Source of the DNA: Longimicrobiales bacterium
GTDB taxonomy: Bacteria > Gemmatimonadota > Gemmatimonadetes > Longimicrobiales > Gaopeijiaceae
Direction of reading: 5' to 3'
Length of the DNA stretch: 64,000 bases
Assembly: GCA_041690395.1 (NCBI GenBank)
Contig: JAWLHJ010000002.1
Span: forward strand, 532,751-596,750
The notes beneath the pieces are model-generated. The model saw only the letters and a program-made list of their open reading frames with translations. It did no database searches and was not told the DNA's origin. A program made the position numbers and the translations under genes. Below are positions 9,500 to 18,029 of the stretch, in pieces; the stretch's first letter is position 1; every line of letters begins with the position of its first letter.

Positions 9500-12400
9500 T
9501 CAGTGGACGATGTTGCGGGTCCGCAGATGTGACGTGACCGCGCCGACCAGCAGCGGTCTGATCTGGTAGCGCGACGTACGCTCGATCTCGGACTCGCGCG
9601 CCTCTCCGGACCCGGACCAGGAGAGCTCTTCGATCAGCCGCCGGTTCTGCAGCGCCTCGAAGATCTGGTAGCTTTCCTGCCGTGGAAGGCGGAACACCGC
9701 GCTGTGCTCGTCGAGCGTGAGCGTCCTGTGCTCGAGGAGGGCCTTGAGCGTGAAGTTCTGACTCGCGTCCAGGGCGTCGAGGACCGTGAAGTCGGGGCGG
9801 ATCAGCGGCCGCATGGACACCGCCCCTTCCTCTTCCTCGAAGTCGGCCGCGAGCAGCCAGTGGAAGAGGGCGAGCTTCAGGTTGCCGTCGGAGATCCGGT
9901 GGAGCTGCTCGAAGAAGTCGTCCTCGAGGAGCCGTTGGTGACCCTCGGTGCCTCTCAGGCGCCTTAGGCGGCGGCGCAGGAGGGCCCGACCCTCACGCGG
10001 CTCCACGAAGCGTAGCCGGAGGCCGCTCCGGCGGTGCCGCTGAAGAACGGTTTCCTTGAGGCGATCCACGGAGAGCGCCCCCAGCACCAGGTCGTCGACC
10101 TGGGCGACGGCGACCGGCTCCGCCTTCGCCATGAGCTGCCAGGCCGGCTGCCCCACCCCGGCGAGCCAGAACGTCCGTGGCTCGGTTTCCGACATGAGCG
10201 TGAGGAGCCGCTCGAGGGGATCCGTTCCACCCGGCACGCGCAGATAGAGGTGCTCGAGCCCATCGAGGATCACCACGTCGGGAACGTCGCCGGCCACCGC
10301 CTTGAGGATACGGGAGGCCAGGCCGTCCATGCTATCGGCCATGTCCACGCCGAGCACCTCCGCCAGCCTGCTCGCGAGCCCCGCCTCGGTCCGCATACGG
10401 TCGGGCACCTCGAACCGGGCGATGGACGCACCCTCCCCGGCGAACATCCGCTCGCATGCGTTGAGGAAGCTGGTCACACCCGCGCCGGGGTATCCTCTCA
10501 CGATGAGCGGCACCTCGTCTTCCTCCCGCCAACGACGCCACCGCTTTAGGACCTCGGCGAGCTCCGCGGTTCGTCCGACGAGGAATGTCGAGTCCTGGAC
10601 GGGCTCCAGCGAGAACAGCCGCTGGTAGACCAGCGGGACGTGTCCCGGGCCCGAATCCCCCTTGGCGAACGCCCGCACGGTACGAGCGGCCTGACGCCCC
10701 GATACCGTCGCGGTGTCGCCCAGAAGGGAATTCACCGCACTCTGGAGTCGCCGTGCGGTACGGCGACCGCGCAGGTGCCTGTAGCGCAGGTAGCGACCGA
10801 TTCGGCGCGCCGTGGGCCCGAGTCGGTCCGTCGCCCGCAGCCAGGCATCGACAATCCTGAACCGAGCACGGAGCAGCTGACTCTGCATGCGTCCCGCGCC
10901 CAGGCGCTCGAGGAGTCCGCTCGCTCCGCTCACCATCTCGGCGTCGATCCGCTTCTTCGCCGACACGAGAGCGACTTCGAGCCGCCCGGGCACATCCCTT
11001 ACGACGCCCGCGGACCGCTCCAGCGCCTCGACGGCGAGACGCCCCGCTCGCTGGCCTGGAGTACCCCCGTCGTCCCCAACGGTCGTCCCCGAGCCCTTCG
11101 GGGCCCCGGAGGCCTTCGCGGAGTCCACCTCCAGCTCGCTCCTCGCGGCCTCGAACGCGAACTGGACGACGTCGGGCAGCTCCAGGATCGCGGCTCTCGC
11201 CGCGCCCACGGCCGGCACGAGGTCGAGCGTGGCCTTCCGGATACGCTCGACGCGCATGGCGTCCAGGGACTCCCGCGCACGCTCGAGGAACGGCACCCTG
11301 CGGGTGTCCTCGGGCCGGGTGGCGGTCGGCATCTGGTCGTCGAGCCGGTGGAGCACGAGCGAATCCGGCGCCTGACGGACGATGCTCTGGAGTGCGTCGA
11401 CCGCGTCGCCGGCCACCCGCTCAAGCTCGCCCGACACCGCGGTGATCTCGGGCAGGGAGGCGACGGCCCCGGCGACCACCTCGTCGGCCGCCTGCCTGAG
11501 CTGGGACAGGACGTCCGGGGTCGCTGCGTCTTCGACCCGGCTCCTTGCCTCGTCCGCGAGCTCGTCGAGGGCATCGCCGATCGCGCCGAGGGCCCCGAGC
11601 GGCTCGAGAACGATTTCCCGCGTGCGGGTCGCGAGGCGCTCCAACACCGCCGTGCTGCCGAGCAGCAGCTCGAGGAACGCCCGGTACATCGCGAGCCGCT
11701 GGGCCGCCTGCTGATCCCAGGCCCCCAGCGCCTCCGCGGTGCCCTCCATCTCGCGCAGCTCGGGAGGGTCGGTGGCCACATCGGGCGGTGACCAGACGAG
11801 GCTACCGACCGCGCGGAGGTCGGAGTTGAGCTCCATGGCCGCGAGATCCATGCGCTCGACCGCCTGCTCCCGGGCCTCCTCGCCGGGAAGGTCCTCGGAA
11901 AGGGCTACCAGCTCCGCCTCGAACGCCTCCGCTGCCGCGGTCAACCGACGCCACGGTTCGTCCGTCCGCTGTCGAGACGGGTCGGGCTCGCCGTCATCGG
12001 CCTCAGCGGGCACGCCGGGCTCCATGGGGTCCGGGGGGAGGTCCGGATCCGCGACGCGAGTCAGCACCGGAAGCGCGTCGGCCGCCCATGCGGAGCACGC
12101 TCGCTCGAGCCGCGCGACCCAACGAGCCCACGCCCACGCCGCGTCGGACGCGAACCGGCTCGCGGCCGGGGTCATCCGCGCGTACAGGTGGTTGAGTGCG
12201 ACGGCGCGAAGCGGCGCGTCCCGTGATTCATCGGCTCGCCGCGCCGGACTGATCAACCGTGCGACGCCCTTCCGGGTTCGCCGACCGAGACCATCGGTGG
12301 GGAGAGGCTCGAGCGCCCCACTTCCCCAGCGGACGTCGACTCTGAACTCGAGCGAGCGAGCCGCCTCGACGGCCTCGGCGAAGGCGGCCCTGATCTCCCG

Positions 12401-12730
12401 CGCCGGCAGCTGCGTGGGCTTGTGATGCTCCAGCGCCATCTCGAGCGTCGGCAGGATCCCGTCGGCGCAGCCGTGGCGATACCGGCGGACGGACTCGGAA
12501 CGCGCTTCGCTCTCCTCGGGTGGCGGGCCGTCGAGTCCCGCCTCGTCCCTCAGGGACCGGTGCAGCTCGATCGCCTCGCTCAGGGCGCTCAGGATCGTTG
12601 CTTCGGCCCTGGACGACAACCCGCTCAGGGCCTCCACCAAGGGGCGATGGCTCGCGGCGACCACAACCTCCAGCGCTCGCTCCGGCTCCATGGGCGCCGA
12701 AGGCGGAACGGTCGGATCAGTCTCGATCAA
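9500..12730 (-). CDS. Large helical protein with C-terminal degenerate P-loop/AAA-like domain
   Basis: 1076 aa; FLVGRTAEL pre-P-loop motif, GYPGAGVTS (Walker A-like) and VVILDGLE (Walker B-like); overlaps the end of the MscS gene. Confidence 0.8.
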   Translation of the reverse strand: MIETDPTVPPSAPMEPERALEVVVAASHRPLVEALSGLSSRAEATILSALSEAIELHRSLRDEAGLDGPPPEESEARSESVRRYRHGCADGILPTLEMALEHHKPTQLPAREIRAAFAEAVEAARSLEFRVDVRWGSGALEPLPTDGLGRRTRKGVARLISPARRADESRDAPLRAVALNHLYARMTPAASRFASDAAWAWARWVARLERACSAWAADALPVLTRVADPDLPPDPMEPGVPAEADDGEPDPSRQRTDEPWRRLTAAAEAFEAELVALSEDLPGEEAREQAVERMDLAAMELNSDLRAVGSLVWSPPDVATDPPELREMEGTAEALGAWDQQAAQRLAMYRAFLELLLGSTAVLERLATRTREIVLEPLGALGAIGDALDELADEARSRVEDAATPDVLSQLRQAADEVVAGAVASLPEITAVSGELERVAGDAVDALQSIVRQAPDSLVLHRLDDQMPTATRPEDTRRVPFLERARESLDAMRVERIRKATLDLVPAVGAARAAILELPDVVQFAFEAARSELEVDSAKASGAPKGSGTTVGDDGGTPGQRAGRLAVEALERSAGVVRDVPGRLEVALVSAKKRIDAEMVSGASGLLERLGAGRMQSQLLRARFRIVDAWLRATDRLGPTARRIGRYLRYRHLRGRRTARRLQSAVNSLLGDTATVSGRQAARTVRAFAKGDSGPGHVPLVYQRLFSLEPVQDSTFLVGRTAELAEVLKRWRRWREEDEVPLIVRGYPGAGVTSFLNACERMFAGEGASIARFEVPDRMRTEAGLASRLAEVLGVDMADSMDGLASRILKAVAGDVPDVVILDGLEHLYLRVPGGTDPLERLLTLMSETEPRTFWLAGVGQPAWQLMAKAEPVAVAQVDDLVLGALSVDRLKETVLQRHRRSGLRLRFVEPREGRALLRRRLRRLRGTEGHQRLLEDDFFEQLHRISDGNLKLALFHWLLAADFEEEEGAVSMRPLIRPDFTVLDALDASQNFTLKALLEHRTLTLDEHSAVFRLPRQESYQIFEALQNRRLIEELSWSGSGEARESEIERTSRYQIRPLLVGAVTSHLRTRNIVH

Positions 12731-14024
12731 CGGAGGCTTCTCCCGTGGTCACGGTTTCAGGAGCGGACAACGAGGCACCCGGCTCTTCGGGCGGACTCCA
12801 CGTCGGTGGCTGCCGCTCGCCGCCCATCATCCCGGCGGCCCGGAAGCCGGCACGTGCCCGCTCCGTCACGTCGCTCTCGAAGAGGAACTCGTGCCGCGGA
12901 TCGAGGACGTAGGCTTTCACGCGCACCCGGGTGAACACGGACCGGTGGAGCTCGTCGCGGATGAGCACCACGATCGGCTTGTTCAGGTAGACGTAGCGGG
13001 AGCCGACCGCCGCTTCGAACGCGATCCGCTTCGCCTCTGCCTCGTCCACGTCCCCGGGGAGATAGAGGTCGGTGACGACCTGACAGTTCAGCTCGCCCGC
13101 GTTGGCGTTCGCGACCTGCTGGTCGACCACCTGCGCGTTGGGCACGCTCACCAGGTTGTCGTCCGGAGTCACGATGCGGGTGGATCTCAGGCCGATGGAG
13201 GTCACCTCGCCGTAGGTCTCGCCGACCCTGATCTTGTCACCGACCTGGAAGGGCTGGTCGAACACGAGGATGATCCCGCCGAACAGGTTCTTCAGCAGGT
13301 CCTGAGCGGCGAAGCCGACCGCGACGCCCAGGGCGGCCGCCCCGGCCACGATGCCCTGGGCGTCGACCTGGAAGATGACGCGGACGATCAGGTAGCCCGC
13401 GAATAGCCAGAGCACGATACGGACGATCGGCACGAGCCCCTTGAAGAACAGCCGTCGCTTCGCGCTCCGCTCGCTCAGCTGGTCGAGGACCCACGCGACC
13501 AGCCGGACGAGATAGTTGAACAGGAACACGACGACGATCGACCAGAGTACGCCGACGCCGAAGTTGCGTACCTGGTCCCGGGCCTCTCCCAGCACCTCGC
13601 CGGTCTGCATGCCACGCGCGACGGAGTCGACGGCCTGGGTCGTGGACGACAACAGCGACGCGAGGGAGTCGAGCTGGGCCTGCGTCTGCACCTGGGCCGC
13701 GATGAGAAGATCGATCCGGTCTTCGACGCCCAACTCCTGCGCGGCGGGTGGCAAAGTGGGTGGTCCGGAGGCGGGCGTCGAGTCGTCCGGAATGGCGGTG
13801 TCCCCCGCGAGCGCCGAGTCCGCCGCGGCGGCCGAGGCTCCTCCGATCGTATCCGCCAATGCGTCCGCGGGAGGCGCGCTGTCCGAGACGACGGCCGTGG
13901 AGTCGGCGGTCGTGGGCAGCGTATCGGCCGGGTCGGACGACGCCTCGCCGCCGCCCGGCCAATCGCAGGCTTGGGCCGAGAGGACGACGAGGAGCGTGGC
14001 CGCGATCAGGGGGAGGGGACGCAT
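12717..14024 (-). CDS. Mechanosensitive channel, MscS family, with N-terminal lipoprotein-like extension
   Basis: GVAVGFAAQDLLKNLFGG, PFQVGDKI, GEVTSIGLRSTRI and VSVPN motifs; start reassigned to MRPLPL at 14024. Confidence 0.92.
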   Translation of the reverse strand: MRPLPLIAATLLVVLSAQACDWPGGGEASSDPADTLPTTADSTAVVSDSAPPADALADTIGGASAAAADSALAGDTAIPDDSTPASGPPTLPPAAQELGVEDRIDLLIAAQVQTQAQLDSLASLLSSTTQAVDSVARGMQTGEVLGEARDQVRNFGVGVLWSIVVVFLFNYLVRLVAWVLDQLSERSAKRRLFFKGLVPIVRIVLWLFAGYLIVRVIFQVDAQGIVAGAAALGVAVGFAAQDLLKNLFGGIILVFDQPFQVGDKIRVGETYGEVTSIGLRSTRIVTPDDNLVSVPNAQVVDQQVANANAGELNCQVVTDLYLPGDVDEAEAKRIAFEAAVGSRYVYLNKPIVVLIRDELHRSVFTRVRVKAYVLDPRHEFLFESDVTERARAGFRAAGMMGGERQPPTWSPPEEPGASLSAPETVTTGEASVDRD

Positions 14025-14137
14025 CGCGTAATATTGCCCGACCGGCCGCACGGCTGCAAACCAGGGTAAGCCAATGGTCCTCGCGCCCCCGTGCCTTCGC
14101 ACCTGGGGGTCGATCGGCCCGGCGCTATATTTCGTCC

Positions 14138-15850
14138 ATGACCTACGTGCATCCACACTTCGCCCGGAGGCCCGTCCGACACCTCGGCCGACCCCCCTGC
14201 CGGGTAGTTCCGCTCGCGCTCGGAGCGCTCATCGCGTTCGCGACACCGGCCGCCCCGCAGGATCCATCCGCGACGTCGATTCGCGAGCAGATCCGCGAGC
14301 GCATCGAGGTCTTCCGAGCCGTCGGTGACATGTCGGCCGGCGGGAGGTCCATCCTGGCTAAGACCGCCCTCCCGCGCTTCTACGAAGAGAGGGCGTTCGA
14401 GCCGATCTGGGTGGCCCCGGGCTCGGCCGCCCGGTTGCGTGAGTTGACGTCCGCGATCCGGACGTCGGAGGATCACGGGCTCGACCCCGAAGCCTATCAC
14501 CTCGCGGCCATCGACTCCCTCGCCCGCCGAGTCGGGGAGCGCTTCGACGAAGATGCCGCGAGTGATCTGGAGATACTGGCCACCGACGCGTTCCTCGTGC
14601 TCGGCTCGCACCTCCTGCACGGACGGGTGAATCCCGAGACCATCAACCCGGAATGGCTCGCCAACCGCCGGAGCGCGAGGCTCGATACGATCCTCGCCCG
14701 AGCCGTCGAACGCTCACGAATCTCGGATGGACTGTACGCACTCGCCCCGCAACAGGAGCGCTACCGGCGCATGCTCGATGCCGCGCGAACCCTGCGTGCG
14801 CTCGTGGCGCGGGGCGGGTGGCCCGTCGTTTCGGACGGCGAGCGTCTGGAAGTCGGCAGCGAGGGTCCGCGGGTTCTCGAGCTGCGGAGGCGGCTGGGGA
14901 TCGGAGGCGATGTCGCGCCCGACGAGGACGGCGGTCGGGCCGAGCCCCTCCGCTTCGATCAAAGCCTCTTCGAGGCCGTGCGCCGCTTCCAGGAGAGGCA
15001 CGGGCTCGACGCCGACGGAGTCGTGGGACGAGCCACCCTCGCTGCGCTCAACGTCCCGGCGGAAGCGCGACTTCGCCAGATCGAGATCAATCTCGAGCGG
15101 TGGCGGTGGCTACCCGCGGAGCTGGGAGATCGTCACATCGAGGTCAACATTCCCGGCTTCGACGTCCGCGTGGTGGAACAGGGAGCAATCGTGGCCCGGC
15201 ATCGGGCGGTGGTCGGTCGCCGCTACCGGGCGACCCCGATGTTCAGCGGCTCGATGACGTATCTGGTGCTCGCTCCCTACTGGCACGTGCCGCCCACCAT
15301 CGCGGCCGTCGACAAGCTCCCGCTCATCAAGCAAGACCCCGGCCAGATTGCGCGCGACCGCATGACCCTACTGGAGCTCGGCACCGACGCGCCGGTGGAC
15401 CCGGCGACGGTGGACTGGGCCTCGATGACCGGAGCCGAATTCAACCGGCGGTATCGGCTCCGACAGGATCCCGGGCCGTTCAACGCGCTCGGGCACGTGA
15501 AGTTCATGTTTCCCAACCGACACAACGTCTATCTGCATGACACCCCCAGCCGCGACCTCTTCGAGCGCACGGCGCGTGACTTCTCGTCGGGGTGCATACG
15601 GGTGGACCGGGCATTCGAGCTGGCGGAGTATCTCCTGCGTGACCGGCCGGGTTGGACCCGCCAACGCATCGAGGAAGTCGCGCGCGGAAGCGTCGAGCGG
15701 ACCGTCCCGCTCGGGGCGGCCGTGCCCGTTCATCTGCTGTACTGGACGGCGTGGACGGAAGACGACACCGCGCTCCACTTCAGGGAAGACATCTACGGCC
15801 GTGACGAGGTCGTATGGCGCGCTCTGACCGCCCCACCCCCGGTGGACTGA
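14138..15850 (+). CDS. Murein L,D-transpeptidase (YcbB/LdtD-like) with peptidoglycan-binding domain
   Basis: AVRRFQERHGLDADGVVG, NLERWRW, VNIP, QDPGPFNALG, YLHDTP and SSGCIRV motifs; start reassigned to 14138. Confidence 0.93.
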   Translation: MTYVHPHFARRPVRHLGRPPCRVVPLALGALIAFATPAAPQDPSATSIREQIRERIEVFRAVGDMSAGGRSILAKTALPRFYEERAFEPIWVAPGSAARLRELTSAIRTSEDHGLDPEAYHLAAIDSLARRVGERFDEDAASDLEILATDAFLVLGSHLLHGRVNPETINPEWLANRRSARLDTILARAVERSRISDGLYALAPQQERYRRMLDAARTLRALVARGGWPVVSDGERLEVGSEGPRVLELRRRLGIGGDVAPDEDGGRAEPLRFDQSLFEAVRRFQERHGLDADGVVGRATLAALNVPAEARLRQIEINLERWRWLPAELGDRHIEVNIPGFDVRVVEQGAIVARHRAVVGRRYRATPMFSGSMTYLVLAPYWHVPPTIAAVDKLPLIKQDPGQIARDRMTLLELGTDAPVDPATVDWASMTGAEFNRRYRLRQDPGPFNALGHVKFMFPNRHNVYLHDTPSRDLFERTARDFSSGCIRVDRAFELAEYLLRDRPGWTRQRIEEVARGSVERTVPLGAAVPVHLLYWTAWTEDDTALHFREDIYGRDEVVWRALTAPPPVD

Positions 15851-15930
15851 GGCGGCATCCCGAGTCCGCCCACACCCGGCCGGCAGCGATCGCGACGACG
15901 TTCGTTCGTCACCCATCCGACCGCGGCCGA

Positions 15931-16557
15931 TCAGCGGATCGTGCGCCCGCCCGTTCGGTCGTCCACTATGAAGCGCCCGTGCGCGGGCATCTGCACGGCG
16001 GGAAGGGTCTCCCGGCTCATGACCGCGTCCGCCGCGACGATCTCGTTTCGATAGAGCAGATAGGCGATCACCGCGTAGGTCTCGTCGGCCGTCAGGCTTC
16101 CCGGCGTGAGCTGCGGCATGGCGCGTCGGATGTAGTCGTACAGGGTCGTCGCGTAGGGCCAGTAGTTCCCGATACCGCGGTTGACCGGCCACTGCTCCCA
16201 GGGGTCGGTCGCGACCAGGCGGTCGTACGGCCCTTCGACACCGGTGGGTCCGTGGCACGCGATGCACTGCGTCATGTACACCTGCTCACCTTCCTGGACC
16301 GTCCCACTCCCTTCGGGGAGTCCTTCACCGTCGGGCTTGACGTCGATATCCCACATCGCGACCCGCGCCGCGGACGCCTCGCTCCCGAAAGAGAACCGTT
16401 CCGGAGCGGCCTCCGGAAGAGCGTAGCCACCACCGGCGGCGCCGGCCGCCCCGTCCGCACCCTGGCCGCCACCCGACGCATCGGACCCACCGGCGCAGCC
16501 GGCCACGAGCCCCACCAGCAGGCCCGCCGCGACGAACCCTCTCCAGGCCCGCGTCAT
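15931..16557 (-). CDS. Monoheme cytochrome c lipoprotein, SoxD-like
   Basis: WDIDVKPDGEGLPEGSG, CIACH, YWPYATTLYDYIRRAMP motifs; lipobox LVAGC; ATGA overlap with the upstream gene. Confidence 0.88.
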   Translation of the reverse strand: MTRAWRGFVAAGLLVGLVAGCAGGSDASGGGQGADGAAGAAGGGYALPEAAPERFSFGSEASAARVAMWDIDVKPDGEGLPEGSGTVQEGEQVYMTQCIACHGPTGVEGPYDRLVATDPWEQWPVNRGIGNYWPYATTLYDYIRRAMPQLTPGSLTADETYAVIAYLLYRNEIVAADAVMSRETLPAVQMPAHGRFIVDDRTGGRTIR

Positions 16558-17873
16558 ACGAGCTCTCCCAACCCGAAGGTCACCGCCCCGTCTCCGGCGA
16601 CGCGCCAGGCACGCTGATGGTTCTGGTGGTACGACGTGCGCTCGCCCCGCGCCTCCCAGAGCTCGTGGACGGTCGGCTGCACGTAGCCCGTCTCGTCCGT
16701 GGCCCGGCTCAGGATCACGGTCTCCCGCCCGTCCCAGTTCCATAGATGCCGGAAGCGGACGGTCGCCACCGGTAGGACCGGCTGCTGCATCTCGGCATCC
16801 ACCCACCGGCGCCCGCCGTCCGTGCTGACCTCCACGCGGGTGATCCGGCCCCGGCCGGTCCAGGCCAGCCCCTTGATCTCCCACCAACCGCGGTCGGGCA
16901 GCACGTAGGGGTACGACGGGAAGGTGATCACGGACTTGGCGTCCATGACGAAGCTGAACTGCCGGGCCGTGCCGTCTCCCAGCGGATCCGTGTACTTGGA
17001 GGTCTCCTCACGCGTCATGGTCGGCCGGTCGGTCACCTCGATCCGGCGCAACCACTTCACCTGCGTGTTCCCCTCCCACCCCGGGAGCATGAGCCGCAGC
17101 GGATACCCCTGCTCCGGCCGTATGGCCTCGCCGTTCTGTCCGTAGGCGAGGATCGCGTCGTCCATTCCCTTCTCGAGCGGGATGCTGCGGTTCAGCCCGG
17201 CAGCGTCGGAGCCCTCCGCAAGCAGCCAACTCGCACCGGGCCGCACACCGACTTCGCGGAGCACCCAGGCCAGAGGCACGCCCGTCCACTCGCTCGTGCT
17301 GATGAGGCCGTCGATCTGCTGCACGGTGATGTCGGTGGGCATCCGGTCGCGGCTGTAGATTCCGCCCCCGTTCCCCGAGCACTCGATGAAGTAGATCCGC
17401 GAGACGGACGGATAGCGCATGATGTCCGCCATGCGGAAGACCATGGGGCGGTCCACCATGCCGTGGATCAGGAGCTCGTGTTCCTCGATGCGGATGTCCG
17501 GCACTCCGGCATGGTGCCGCTCGAAGTGCAGGTCCGAGGGCGTGATGATGCCGTGGAAGTCCTGGAGCGGACTCCGGGACGAGCTCGACAGCTCCTCGCC
17601 GCGCAGGAAGCGCTTGGGCTGCTCGCCCGGGGCGCGCGACCCGACCTCCGAGACGATGCGGCCCGGAACCTTCATCGGGTCCGGCCGTCCGGTCGACGAC
17701 GCGGCCTGGGCGGCCTGCGTGGCCCCCGACATCGGGTCGGTGCCGAGCGGCGCCTCGGTGGCATCCAGACGGAGCGCGTCCGCCTGGGTCTTGAGCAGCC
17801 CCGCTGCGATGACCCCCGAAGTGGTGGTCAACCAGGCGCGGCGAGAGAGCGGCGATCCATCGAACGGCGGCAT
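16554..17873 (-). CDS. soxC: Molybdopterin sulfite/sulfane dehydrogenase, SoxC-like
   Basis: Tat-like SRRAWL, HFERHHAG, FIECSGN (Mo-ligand Cys), WTGV, PEQGYPLR and PGWEGN..VKWL motifs. Confidence 0.88.
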   Translation of the reverse strand: MPPFDGSPLSRRAWLTTTSGVIAAGLLKTQADALRLDATEAPLGTDPMSGATQAAQAASSTGRPDPMKVPGRIVSEVGSRAPGEQPKRFLRGEELSSSSRSPLQDFHGIITPSDLHFERHHAGVPDIRIEEHELLIHGMVDRPMVFRMADIMRYPSVSRIYFIECSGNGGGIYSRDRMPTDITVQQIDGLISTSEWTGVPLAWVLREVGVRPGASWLLAEGSDAAGLNRSIPLEKGMDDAILAYGQNGEAIRPEQGYPLRLMLPGWEGNTQVKWLRRIEVTDRPTMTREETSKYTDPLGDGTARQFSFVMDAKSVITFPSYPYVLPDRGWWEIKGLAWTGRGRITRVEVSTDGGRRWVDAEMQQPVLPVATVRFRHLWNWDGRETVILSRATDETGYVQPTVHELWEARGERTSYHQNHQRAWRVAGDGAVTFGLGELV

Positions 17874-18029
17874 TCCCTACTTCCTCCGGAGCAGTTGGTT
17901 GGCGGGGACAACCTGGGTCACCGGCCTCCGTCCTGCCAGGGGTACCCCGTCCGCTGGACGTGGCCCGGATCCGGAGGCACATTGGCGGCACGTAGTCGTG
18001 CACCAACCCGCCGTCCGAAGGAGGCGTCG

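Noticed and set aside
9500..12730. Calling the large P-loop protein an NLR/Avs-type anti-phage system
   Set aside because: No effector or sensor-repeat domain is recognisable, Walker A is degenerate, and the context is not a defence island.
13748..14137. Long N-terminal extensions given by the ORF track (also at 17463, 21473, 48682, 52949, 55679)
   Set aside because: They overlap neighbouring genes or intergenic DNA; downstream starts with an RBS or signal peptide fit better.
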